A DNA stretch of 32,000 bases from Zymomonas mobilis subsp. mobilis ATCC 10988 (GCF_000175255.2 NC_017180.1:1-32000); one strand, 5' to 3'. Positions 19,646 through 29,103 are shown, counted from the first letter of the stretch. The notes: generated from the sequence alone by a model not told the origin. Numbers and translations are program-made.

Positions 19646-20320
19646 TTAAATTGGCTTATTCTCTAATAACGTTTCGACATGGCTTTTGCTGTTATCCAGC
19701 ATCCAATCTGCTGTTGGTCTTGAGCGATATTCAATCAAACGAACAATTCTATCCCAATCAGCTTGCAAATCTCTTTCAAATATCGGCTCGTGATGGGCTA
19801 TGCGATTACGCAGCATCCGAATTTCACCCAGATCACTATAAAGGCTCTGTCTATGGTCTTTAATATCTTGCGTCTGGTCAAGGTTGGGGAATACTTTTAA
19901 CAAATATGAACGCCAAAGCCTTTTATCATGGCGCTTCGTGAACATAGCCTGCCAGAATACAAAGTTCAGTTCTGGTATTACCTTTCCAGTCGTTTCCGCC
20001 TTCCAACAAGCTTTGTTTACATCCGTCAATGCGCTGTATCCTGATTTTATAACCGGAAGGCTTCGTAGGAAGCCTTCTGACCATGGCCAGCGATCTCCAT
20101 AAGTATAGGATAGCGCTTCTGCTACAGCATTTCGGATAGCTATTTCTGTTATATGAAGGGGCGCTAGCAATGCGCCGGATAGCTGTGCATTCCATACATA
20201 TAAATCCAAGGCGACAAGATCATCTTTTCCTAATGCCCTAACCTTGTCTTCATATCTTCCAAGTCGGGGAGCCGATAAGGTCTTTCTAATAGAGATAATC
20301 TTATCTTGAATTGACAGCAT
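19646..20320 (-). CDS. Abi-family (HEPN-fold) abortive infection-like protein
   Basis: 'PLHITEIAIRNAVAEAL' and 'GEIRMLRNRIAHHEPIFERDL' (R-x4-H HEPN motif) are typical of Abi-like proteins. Confidence 0.75.
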   Translation of the reverse strand: MLSIQDKIISIRKTLSAPRLGRYEDKVRALGKDDLVALDLYVWNAQLSGALLAPLHITEIAIRNAVAEALSYTYGDRWPWSEGFLRSLPVIKSGYSALTDVNKACWKAETTGKVIPELNFVFWQAMFTKRHDKRLWRSYLLKVFPNLDQTQDIKDHRQSLYSDLGEIRMLRNRIAHHEPIFERDLQADWDRIVRLIEYRSRPTADWMLDNSKSHVETLLENKPI

Positions 20321-20401
20321 GGCTACCCATTTATATAATCAACCACATATTCGCCTCGGGTCTTTGTTGGCTTATGCCTCCCCCTGAGGACAAAAGATAC
20401 A

Positions 20402-20435
20402 AAAAAGACCTCGCTTAAGGCGGGGTCTTTTTTTA
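20402..20435. terminator. Bidirectional rho-independent terminator
   Basis: AAAAAAGACCTCGC-TTAAG-GCGGGGTCTTTTTT, near-perfect 14-bp arms with A and T tails. Confidence 0.85.
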
Positions 20436-20607
20436 TCCGTTTCCCTGTATTTTAAAAGCCTTTGCTAACCTAATGGAAAACATCATCATACGATGAATTC
20501 ATACTTCATCCTTTCCGTTAAAGTTTTCCGCCTATTTTCCCTCGATAATTCCGGCCTAAATTAGACCCGTGCTATCTCTGGCCGGAAAACACCTGTTACT
20601 CGGCAGC

Positions 20608-20889
20608 TTAAGCTGCGACTGCTTCAGCAACCATCTCGGGATGAAGACTAATCACCTTCACGTAAGCAATAGCGTAATCCGGTGCCGTGCTGCGGGTCTG
20701 TTCCCAGTCACGCAACGTGCCTACAGATATTTTGAAGCGTGAAGCAAAATCTTTCTGAGATAATCCCAAAGCCGAGCGCGCTTTTCTGATTAACCGAGCG
20801 CGCTGCCCCCGTTCCATGGCTTCCTTGGTTACGTTGAAATCTTCCTCATCCGCAGGGTCAGCAGGAAGAATGATACGCTCTTTCTTCAC
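20608..20889 (-). CDS. XRE/HigA-type HTH antitoxin (partner of the decayed BrnT)
   Basis: 'RKARSALGLSQKDFASRFKISVGTLRDWEQTRSTAPDYAIAYVKVISLHPEMVAEAVAA'. Confidence 0.85.
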   Translation of the reverse strand: MKKERIILPADPADEEDFNVTKEAMERGQRARLIRKARSALGLSQKDFASRFKISVGTLRDWEQTRSTAPDYAIAYVKVISLHPEMVAEAVAA

Positions 20890-21047
20890 CTTTATTGCTC
20901 CTTCTTACCGATATGAATCGAGGCAAATCATTGCGCTAAACAAAAACGGCAGTGAAAAGTTTCAAGCCAACAATGCCAATCACTAAAGGCTAACGAAAGC
21001 CCATGCTTCTCTAAATTCTTAGCATCTTTGGCAGGGTCGAATCTCAT
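20858..21047 (-). pseudogene. brnT: BrnT toxin pseudogene (internal deletion plus nonsense codon)
   Basis: Reverse strand: 'MRFDPAKDAKNLEKHGLSLAFSDW', then in another frame 'IGIVGLKLFTAVFV*RNDLPRFISVRRSNKGEERAYHSSC*'. These match the N- and C-terminal ends of BrnT with the middle missing. Confidence 0.75.
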
Positions 21048-22017
21048 TTATGCCTTATACGGAAATCCCGTATATAAATAAAGCCTAAAATTTTGTCGCT
21101 GTGATTGAGCATAGTGAAACAAAATTGAACCTGAAAAAGGATGGATTTTTAACCAAGGTAGAAAAGGTAAATAAAGCCGTTCCTCCTCAGTTCTATCGCA
21201 AAAAGAAAGGCAACCAACCCTAAGATTAACCGTCTTTCGTGCGTTTATGAGACTTTTATTTATTAGATCAGGGCGCGATGCAGATAAAGATTTTTACCAT
21301 CAATCTTCATCTGCTGCTTTGCGGCTAAGACAAGCGCCCCGATGATTTTTATGAGACGCTCACAAAATTTGCCGCCTGCCTGAAAGTAGCCCTGCAATCC
21401 GTAGCATTTTTTGAAGACACCAGCTTTACCGAAAAAGACCGCGCCACCTATAAGGAAACACTGAAGCAAATGACCAGCCTGCGCCAGCTGGCACATGATC
21501 TTCAAGACGGAACTCGTAGAACAATGCCTCCTGTATTTTCGTTCGATCATCCATCATTTGCAGATTCCTCCTGCGAAGAGTGAATCAGTGCTTCACTCTC
21601 AAAGTAAGCGCGACTTTTTCAACACTATCGAAGGAAAGCGGAACGTCTGATTTCAGATTACAGAAAAAAGGAAGTGGACATGAACAGAAGCGACTGACAG
21701 GGGGAATCAATTAAAAGCTTTAGTCAACATTCAGACGACGTCCATAGACAACATCTAAAATTCACCCGCGACACCGATCCACGGCATCTAGAGCATATAT
21801 ATTATGCCAGTTTATACCCTACTGCAGTGAAGGAATTGACACATTCGTCAAAAATAACAACATTCGAGACTGATAATGTCAATAAGTTTTTGCGTAATCC
21901 GCCATTATTTATAGTACAGTGAGATATATTTAGCTCATAAATATTTATTTTTAGCTTGAATTAGAAAAATATATTATTGTACAATCAAATGTATTTTTAT
22001 AAAATTTTATCTATAAA

Positions 22018-22974
22018 TTATCTATTCAAACGCGCTGTCAGAATTGCCTTTGTCCGCTCGTCACAGAAGGCCGCCTCGATGGCGTTTTTGTTAATTATAT
22101 AGTCCGAGAGGCATGACCCAACGGTCCGCGCAAGGGCGTATTCTTGCAACAGGTCGGTATCAAAGAAACTCGGATCATCAGTGCCAAGCGTGATGACACA
22201 TCCGGAATTGGCCAGCCTGCCGATCGGATGAGCGGTTATTGTTGGGTAAAGACCTAGGGCCACGTTACTACTAAGGCAGACCTCGAGTGGAATTCGGGAC
22301 GATGCAATCTGCCGCATCACATTTGGCGATTCGACTGCACGTACTCCATGCCCAACCCTGTCAAGGTTGAGGATTTCAATTGCCTCAATAACCGTCTCGG
22401 CAGGACAGTGCTCGCCGGCGTGTGCTGTTGCCTTGAGGCCTTCCCCTCGAGCAATACTGAATGCCTCGGCAAAATCGCCAACGGAATACTGATTTTCGTC
22501 ACCGGTCAGACCAAAACCGACCAATATGTTCGACCGTATGGATGTCGCCATGCGAGCAGCCTCTATGGCGGCTAGTGGGCCGAGGTGACGGACTGCAGTG
22601 GCGATGAGACAGGAATGCACACCCCACTCCTGACGTGCCCGATCAGCAGCGGCCTGTAGTGCTCTCAGTTGATCAAAAAACGGAACGCCCGTGCGGGCGA
22701 GATCGGGAGGTGACAGCATGAATTCCACATAAGAACCACCCAACAAAGAGCATCGCTGGAGATATGATGTGGCGACTTGCTCAAGGTCGTTCGCAGACTT
22801 CACTACGGATGTGATCAGATCGTAGGATTTCAAAAAGGAAGGGAAATCATGCCACCCGTAGCGCGCAGCCGAGATTACAGAGGAGGGGATTGAAACGTTA
22901 TTGCGTTTAGCAAGTAAAATTACTGTATCGCGGAGCAAGGTCCCCCGAAGGTGAACATGAAGGTCGACTAACAT
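22018..22974 (-). CDS. komA: Adenosine deaminase-family protein, KomA-like component of a Kongming defence system
   Basis: Metal and catalytic motifs intact: 'VDLHVHLRGTL', 'TAHAGEH', 'DRVGHGVRA', 'LSSNV', 'TLGTDDPSFF'. Divergent from the HAM1-like gene with 43 bp between. Confidence 0.85.
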   Translation of the reverse strand: MLVDLHVHLRGTLLRDTVILLAKRNNVSIPSSVISAARYGWHDFPSFLKSYDLITSVVKSANDLEQVATSYLQRCSLLGGSYVEFMLSPPDLARTGVPFFDQLRALQAAADRARQEWGVHSCLIATAVRHLGPLAAIEAARMATSIRSNILVGFGLTGDENQYSVGDFAEAFSIARGEGLKATAHAGEHCPAETVIEAIEILNLDRVGHGVRAVESPNVMRQIASSRIPLEVCLSSNVALGLYPTITAHPIGRLANSGCVITLGTDDPSFFDTDLLQEYALARTVGSCLSDYIINKNAIEAAFCDERTKAILTARLNR

Positions 22975-23017
22975 AGCGACCGTTGATACAGATTAGACTA
23001 GGAGCGTGGAAGTCTAA

Positions 23018-23575
23018 ATGCGTATTAGATTCTTATCAAAGAACAAACATAAGATCGCGGAAGCTGAGAAAATACTCAATCCTCTGCATGTCGAGGTTGT
23101 TCCTATCACGGTACAGATCGATGAACTTCAGACCATTGATGTCAAGGCGATCATCCGAAACAAAGTGCTACGCGCTTTCGATAGAATTGGCCATCGACTA
23201 ATTGTGGAACAGACTTGTCTCTACTTGGACGCCCTGAACGGCTTTCCTGGGGGCCTTACTCAGCCGTTTTGGGATACACTTGAAGCAGAGCGCTTCTGCG
23301 AGTTGTTCGGTCGTGGGGAAATGCGAGGCGTTACCGCGAAAACGTGGATCGGCTACTGCGACGGTCGGCAAATTTACAAATTCGAAGGGGAGATCCGCGG
23401 CAGCGTCTCTTCTGAACCGCGTGGCGATCGTGCCTTCCAATGGGACTGCGTTTTCATTCCAGATGGTCATCAGGAAACATTTGCTCAGATGGGCGAGAGG
23501 AAAAACGAGATATCGATGCGGCGCAGCGCGCTGAATGCCTTTGCGCAACACTTGCGGGAGGCAGCCGATGCTTGA
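23018..23575 (+). CDS. komB: HAM1/ITPA-like protein, KomB-like ligand-sensing component
   Basis: 'FLSKNKHKIAEAEKIL', 'LDALNGFPGG', 'FEGEIRGSVSSEPRGDRAFQWDCVFIPDG', 'KNEISMRRSALNAF'. The canonical 'V[ED]DT/SGL' is 'VEQTCL'. Confidence 0.88.
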   Translation: MRIRFLSKNKHKIAEAEKILNPLHVEVVPITVQIDELQTIDVKAIIRNKVLRAFDRIGHRLIVEQTCLYLDALNGFPGGLTQPFWDTLEAERFCELFGRGEMRGVTAKTWIGYCDGRQIYKFEGEIRGSVSSEPRGDRAFQWDCVFIPDGHQETFAQMGERKNEISMRRSALNAFAQHLREAADA

Positions 23576-24374
23576 CTTCCTTGCGCGCGAGATCCGCGAA
23601 CATAGGGTGATTCTTTTCGTAGGAGCAGGCCTCTCGCGACCGTTAGGGCTTCCGTCGTGGGGAAAACTCATCAAGCACATGGCACAAGAGCTTGGCTTCG
23701 ACCGCGACGTCCTTGTCGGGCCAAGTGCTGATTATCTGCAGGTCGCAGAGTTTTACAAACTGAAGAAGGGAAACATCGGCGAATTGCGAAGTTGGATGGA
23801 CAGGAGTTGGAATGTGTCCGACGATAAGCTACTGGCATCCAAAGTGCACCAGCAGATTGTCGATCTCAAATTTCCCCTCGTTTACACAACGAATTACGAT
23901 AACAATCTTGAGCGAGCATTTGAGCTGCACGGAGTACAGGTCTCGAAAATTGCGTCAGTCATAGACATCGCCAATGCGAAGCCAGGCCATACTCACGTCA
24001 TTAAGTTCCATGGAGACTTCGCCGACGACAACTCGCTGGTCCTTACCGAGACGGACTACTTCGAGAGGCTAGAATTAAAATCGCCGCTCGACCTGAAGCT
24101 GCGGTCGGATGTTCTGGGACGCACGATCTTGTTTGTTGGGTACAGCCTGAAGGACCTAAATCTGCGTCTCCTTTTCTACAAACTGAAGCGAACCTGGGAT
24201 GGCACTCCCTATGCAAAGAAGCGTCCGCGGTCGTTTATTTTCCTTATCCGGCCCGACGTCGTTCAGGAGACGGTAATGGAAAGCCGCGGGGTCTCCCCCA
24301 TCGTTTCAGATTCTCTTGATCCCGAAGATGCGTTGCCGGCGTTCTTCGAGCGTTTACTAGAATGGACCGGATAG
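23568..24374 (+). CDS. komC: SIR2-like domain protein, KomC-like NADase effector
   Basis: 'ILFVGAGLSRPLGLPSW', 'PLVYTTNYDNNLERAF', 'HVIKFHGDF', 'LFVGYSLKDLNLR'. Overlaps komB by 8 nt. The ORF opens at 23535; ATG 23568 is the likely start. Confidence 0.88.
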   Translation: MLDFLAREIREHRVILFVGAGLSRPLGLPSWGKLIKHMAQELGFDRDVLVGPSADYLQVAEFYKLKKGNIGELRSWMDRSWNVSDDKLLASKVHQQIVDLKFPLVYTTNYDNNLERAFELHGVQVSKIASVIDIANAKPGHTHVIKFHGDFADDNSLVLTETDYFERLELKSPLDLKLRSDVLGRTILFVGYSLKDLNLRLLFYKLKRTWDGTPYAKKRPRSFIFLIRPDVVQETVMESRGVSPIVSDSLDPEDALPAFFERLLEWTG

Positions 24375-24639
24375 ACGGCAGGTTTAGACAGTTTCTTCAC
24401 GAAAGCTGGCGGTCTGAAAATGTTCTGACTTGACCGTGAGCAGCGCACCGTAACGAGGTCCGGTTTCGAGAAGGTACACGGCCAAATTAAACGGTTGCCA
24501 TGGAGGCGATTGCTGCCTGTCTATTTCATGTTTTCGAACAGACAGGCAACTAAGAGGGCGGATAGGTAGATTTCCAGTTATGAGATCAGAAATTTGACAA
24601 TGGAATTGATGAAAGAAAGTTCGTCTTATGGTCATTATT

Positions 24640-25575
24640 TTAAGAAATTGATTTAGGTAAATCGACCTTCTGCTGATTGGTAATGCCAAATGGGATGTGA
24701 ACTGAGGGTGCTACAGCGCTGGCTGACCGTAGATGACCAGACTGATCATCGAAGAAAATATGCGGCTTAAGTACAGATAAAATTTTTCCTTTTTCGACCC
24801 CACCAAGAAAAAAGGCATCATTTGCCATAACATTCCAGCTCTTTAGAGTGCGGAGTGCTCGCTCGTGATAAGGAGCATTGCGTGCTGTAACTATCGATAT
24901 CCTAAGCCTATTTTTATAATCAGGATGATTACTTTTATGTTCTTCTTCTATTTTTTGTATTTACGACATTTCTACTAGAAATTTTTGGAGAGGTCCTGGG
25001 TTATGTGGCTGCATAACATTTCGCGTTTCGTGTTCATGAAATCTATCTAAACCCGATGATTGCATCACGGCCTCAGATTCATCCCCGGCAAGCACTCCAT
25101 CAAAATCAAATGCGATTCTTAGAGTATTACCTTTTTCGTCGTCTTGAAATGTGGAGTCGAGTACCTGACCGGCTGGATGTCCCAAATGGATTGCGGCGTC
25201 GACGTCTGGCTTATGAGCAGATAAAAATAAAGCAATATTAAAAGCTGGTATGTATTCATATGGGGATTTCCCCTGCATGAAAATTGCGCGGGTGATATCA
25301 AGACCATAATGGGATATCGTATCCATAACCCTCAAACCTGTGTCGGGGTCATTTCTTGATAGCAGCACTACTTCCACAAGCGGGTCTGCCTTATCAGGAC
25401 TGAGATCATTTAATGATAACAGGCGCTTTACAAACGGAAAGGCGATACCCGTTGGAAGAGGGTTATGTAAATTTTCCTCTTGGTACTTTCTATATTTTTC
25501 CTCTCCGTCTTGTCTAAAAATGCTGTCTGAAACACTGAGATCAAAAACCGCGCTGGATGCGACACCAACCACCAA
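24640..25575 (-). pseudogene. 5'-nucleotidase (PF06189-like) interrupted by a single in-frame TAA
   Basis: N-terminal ORF 24961-25575 ('VEVVLLSRNDPDTGLRVMDTISHYGLDITRAIFMQGKSPYEYIPAFNIALFLSAH...RIAFDFDGVLAGDESE') continues in the same frame after TAA (24961-24963) as 'IQKIEEEHKSNHPDYKNRLRISIVTARNAPYHERALRTLKSWNVMANDAFFLGGVEKGKILSVLKPHIFFDD'. Confidence 0.85.
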
Positions 25576-25774
25576 TCTTTTTTAAATCGTACGCCATTAT
25601 ATACGTCTCAGTCTATTTTAGAGAATGCGCCACTATTGAATTGAAAAGTGCAAAATATTTTGTAAAATCACATTTACGAAATAAGATGATCTGATATTTC
25701 TCAATCAAAAAAAGTATCCTGCAAGCCTACTTCATCTATATGAAATTTCTCTGCGTAATTAGTATTGCACTTTA

Positions 25775-26640
25775 CCTACCCGACTAGGTTCTGTTGACAA
25801 AGGTTATAATTTAAGATTTTTAGAGACAAATTGAGAACAAGTTTTGTAGGGAAGACAGGATGCGAGGAGATCTGACGGACGCGGAATGGCAGATAATAGA
25901 GGGTCTTCTTCCAAGCGAACGAGGCCGCTGCGCACGTCCCGCAAAAAGTAATCGGTTATTCTCAACGTATGCTTTATGTGCTTCGAACAGGCTGCCCGTG
26001 GCGAGACATGCATGAACGTTATGGGAAATGGAATTCGGTCTATGTTCGGTTTCCTAGATGGGCGGAACAGGGTGTCTGGGATGCTCTTCTTGAAACCCTG
26101 GTTGACCTTGGCCTGACAGATGACTGGCAACATATGATAGATAGTACGATTATTCGCGCCCACAGCCAAACGGCTGGCGCAAAAAGGGGACGGATAAGGA
26201 AGGCTTTGGTCAAAGCCGCGGAGGCTTTACGAGCAAGATCCACGCCCGTTCCGATGGTCAAGGCCGCCCTCTAACTTTCGAACTTACAGGTGGTGAGGTC
26301 CCTGATTATTCTGGCCCTTGTGACAACGCCCCGCTGTTTTCTCGCCGATAAAGGATATTATAGCGATAGGTTATGCGAAAAACTACTCTTTCGAGGCATC
26401 CTTCCTGTTATTCCGCCTTGTTCCAATCGAAAAAAGCCTATTCCTTATAATCTCCAGCACTACAAAGATCGTCATTGTATTGAGCGGATGTTTAATAAGC
26501 TGAAGCAGTTCAGACGTATTGCCAGACGCTATGACAAAACCAGAAAATCTTTCCTCGCCTTTCTTCAGATCGATCCCATGCCCTTTGGTAGAACCAAGCA
26601 AAAATACCTATGATTGTTGACAACAACATCCCCCAATTAA
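25775..26640 (+). mobile_element. Degenerate IS5-family insertion sequence (boundaries approximate)
   Basis: Transposase pieces in different frames: 'MRGDLTDAEWQIIEGLLPSERGRCARPA' (about 25860), 'MLYVLRTGCPWRDMHERYGKWNSVYVRFPRWAEQGVWDALLETL...MIDSTIIRAHSQ' (25969-26274), 'FLADKGYYSDRL...RHCIERMFNKLKQFRRIARRYDKTRKSFLAFL' (26290-26613). A left-end-like 'GGTTCTGTTGACAAAGG' is present; the right end is poorly preserved. Confidence 0.85.
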
Positions 26641-26757
26641 CGGACATGGCAGTATTTCTCTCAGTTTCTTAACGATCTAACATGAAAACACGTGAAATAC
26701 GTCGTTTGATTTTATAGATAGCAGACATTATTAAAGTGGATTTTGAGAAGTTTCAGT

Positions 26758-27276
26758 ATGCTCATTGTATTCACAGGATTGCCTGGGTGTGGGAAAACGA
26801 CAATTGCTCAGCTTCTTTCCAAAAAATTGTCGGCTGTGTATATTCGTGTAGATGAGATCGAACAGGCAATTAAATATTCGAATGTTTTACGAGATGACAT
26901 TGGTTCAGTAGGTTACGAAGTGGCGAGCTACCTGGCGCGTTCAAATTTAAATTTGGGAACAATGGTTATCGTGGATTGTGTGAACCCAGTTTTCGAAAGC
27001 CGAGAAATGTTTTATCAAACCGGAAAAGAAACCAATTCCTCAGTCATAGATGTCGAAGTCGTGTGCTCTGATCCTGTAGAACACAGGCGTCGGATTGAAT
27101 TTCGATTGGCGGACATTCCTGGACACAAAGTCCCAGAATGGGATGCCATTTGGGAGATGGAATATACACCATGGTCTAGCCCTCGCCTAATCATCGACAC
27201 CGCGATATGCTCTAGTGATGATGCATTAAGTAAAATTTCTGATTATTTGAGGTTAAAGTCTCGCTCGATTACATAG
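26758..27276 (+). CDS. P-loop kinase (AAA_33-like)
   Basis: Walker A 'VFTGLPGCGKTTIAQLL', kinase-like spacing 'YIRVDEIEQAI', 'VIVDCVNPVFESRE'. Confidence 0.75.
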   Translation: MLIVFTGLPGCGKTTIAQLLSKKLSAVYIRVDEIEQAIKYSNVLRDDIGSVGYEVASYLARSNLNLGTMVIVDCVNPVFESREMFYQTGKETNSSVIDVEVVCSDPVEHRRRIEFRLADIPGHKVPEWDAIWEMEYTPWSSPRLIIDTAICSSDDALSKISDYLRLKSRSIT

Positions 27277-27470
27277 CCACCGATGATCAATTCTGATGCT
27301 CTCGGCTACTGGAAAAGACTTAAGCTCCTTGTGGATTGGCCGATTTTAGCTCCAGTAGGAGACTGATGGAGTACGATTTTATTAAGGTGTTCCGACTGGC
27401 TATTAAAAAGGTAATCCTAGCCTTTCTAGTTTAATCGGAATTATGAAAGCATTAGAGAAACTTGTCCCTA

Positions 27471-28295
27471 TTAATTTTGCGCGTCCATCCAGTGGCTGAT
27501 GGCACCCACCACACTATCTTCAATACCGTAATAACCATGCGGTGTGAGCGATCCACAAGCCTTAGTTGATTTGTTTATACCCCCAGAGACAATAAGCACA
27601 TGCACGTTTCTGCTGGCAGTCATCGCGGCTGCGATCTGGTTTGCAGCTTTAGGGGGCGCTACTTTACAGCGATCGTCCCTGTTGGCGACTACTAAGACAG
27701 GTATACTAACATGCTGCGGATCAGCATCAAAAACTGTCTCGCCACTACCGCCCATTACCGAAACGGATTCAGTAAGTACTAAGCCAGCGATACTGCCCGG
27801 CGCGGCGTGTGCTGCACCATTCACCGCCGCAATTGTTCCTTGGCTCGTGCCAAGCAGGAACACAGGAGTTGTCCCATGTAAGTGAGCAAACTTAACAAGG
27901 TCATCAACTATATGCCCATAAATGGATGAACTGCGTACACCGCGTAAGTTGGCATGATCAGTCGAATCTGGGATAAGCACTGCATAACCTCGCCGATTCC
28001 ATAGTGCGCGGGTTCGTATCAAAAAGTTTTTATTGTGCCTAATGTGGCCGTCTTGTTCTAGACCTATATTTCCAGTTCCACCGGGAAGCATTACAATCGT
28101 TCCCCGCGCGGATAGGGGTGTAGAAAGTAAAACTCTCTGATAATTTCCTTCTCTTAATGGCAGGTTGAATATCTGTTCGGACACCATCCGATGATCTTGC
28201 CGTAGAGCATCTCGAGCTAGCGCTGTAACCGGAATTAACATCATGCTAAGCGCGAATAATACGACTAGATAAAATGGGGAGGGATTTCTTTTCAT
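27471..28295 (-). CDS. Exported alpha/beta hydrolase-like protein
   Basis: N-terminal signal 'FYLVVLFALSMMLIPVTALA', nucleophile elbow 'LLGTSQGTIAA', late Asp/His region 'VANRDDRCKVAPP...CGSLTPHGYYGIED'. Confidence 0.75.
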   Translation of the reverse strand: MKRNPSPFYLVVLFALSMMLIPVTALARDALRQDHRMVSEQIFNLPLREGNYQRVLLSTPLSARGTIVMLPGGTGNIGLEQDGHIRHNKNFLIRTRALWNRRGYAVLIPDSTDHANLRGVRSSSIYGHIVDDLVKFAHLHGTTPVFLLGTSQGTIAAVNGAAHAAPGSIAGLVLTESVSVMGGSGETVFDADPQHVSIPVLVVANRDDRCKVAPPKAANQIAAAMTASRNVHVLIVSGGINKSTKACGSLTPHGYYGIEDSVVGAISHWMDAQN

Positions 28296-29103
28296 TTTTT
28301 CCTATTGCACTATCGTGATTTTGTAAGCGCTAAGCAAACAGATAGTTTATATGGAAGCAATATGGGGCTCCCGTAGTTCGACTTTAATCATCAGGTCAGC
28401 GGAATACAATAAACTAAGGATAAGAAGCCTTTTAGCTATTCTATCAACTTGAATCATCGCATTTTGGTAGAGAAATCTTGTTCCAAGAGCTTTTTAAATA
28501 GCCCTGTTGGGTGCCAATTAATAAAGGCTGATCAATTGCAATCCTACCTAAAACAACGACAGGAATAGATCCTGCATATTCTTGAGCTAATTTCGTGATC
28601 TCACAGCAATGGAGGCCGAAACACAATAGCCATACCATAACCCGATGATTTTTTCGCAAAAAAAAAGAAAGTCTCAAAACCCATAATCAGAGGCTATGTC
28701 ATCAGGATTCTACGAAAAATGATTTTGACCTGTTTGGCGTGGTAACCCCACCCAAGCCCTCGGCGTAGAGGTGTCGCTTTTTATGCACTTTCTGACCTTA
28801 TGCAGGATAGCCATAAATAACCTAAAATGCTGCCTTAAAATAGCTTTATTCAATGAAATACGGCCGAAAATATTTTATGCATATTTATGCAGCCTTGTCC
28901 ATTGGTAGCTCCCCCTATTTTCCTGTTAAAATACTCCTTGTTTCTCAAAAGCTATGTCCTCTTTTTTATCCTCAGGATTAGGCTTCAGTTAGCTATGAGT
29001 AGAGGAATTGAAAAAGAGAACGTGTGGGAAAAATCAGACTATAGCAAGCAGCTAGTAAGAAGAATCAGAGAAATGCAATGGAATATACAGGCTGGATAGA
29101 AGT

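Noticed and set aside
19501-19863. 120 aa ORF overlapping the rep stop (ATGA-type)
   Set aside because: Most of it is antisense to the Abi-like gene, and it has no recognised motif.
21263-21550. 95 aa minus-strand ORF
   Set aside because: No recognisable family and unusual composition; could not be supported as coding from sequence alone.
23198-23680. 160 aa minus-strand ORF over komB/komC
   Set aside because: Opposite strand of two motif-rich overlapping genes; a shadow ORF.
24384-24689. 101 aa ORF between komC and the nucleotidase
   Set aside because: It overlaps the 3' end of the nucleotidase frame antisense and has no motif support.
28444-29099. Small ORFs 28444..28677 (-) and 28887..29099 (+)
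   Set aside because: No recognisable motifs and poor context; possibly random in AT-rich DNA.
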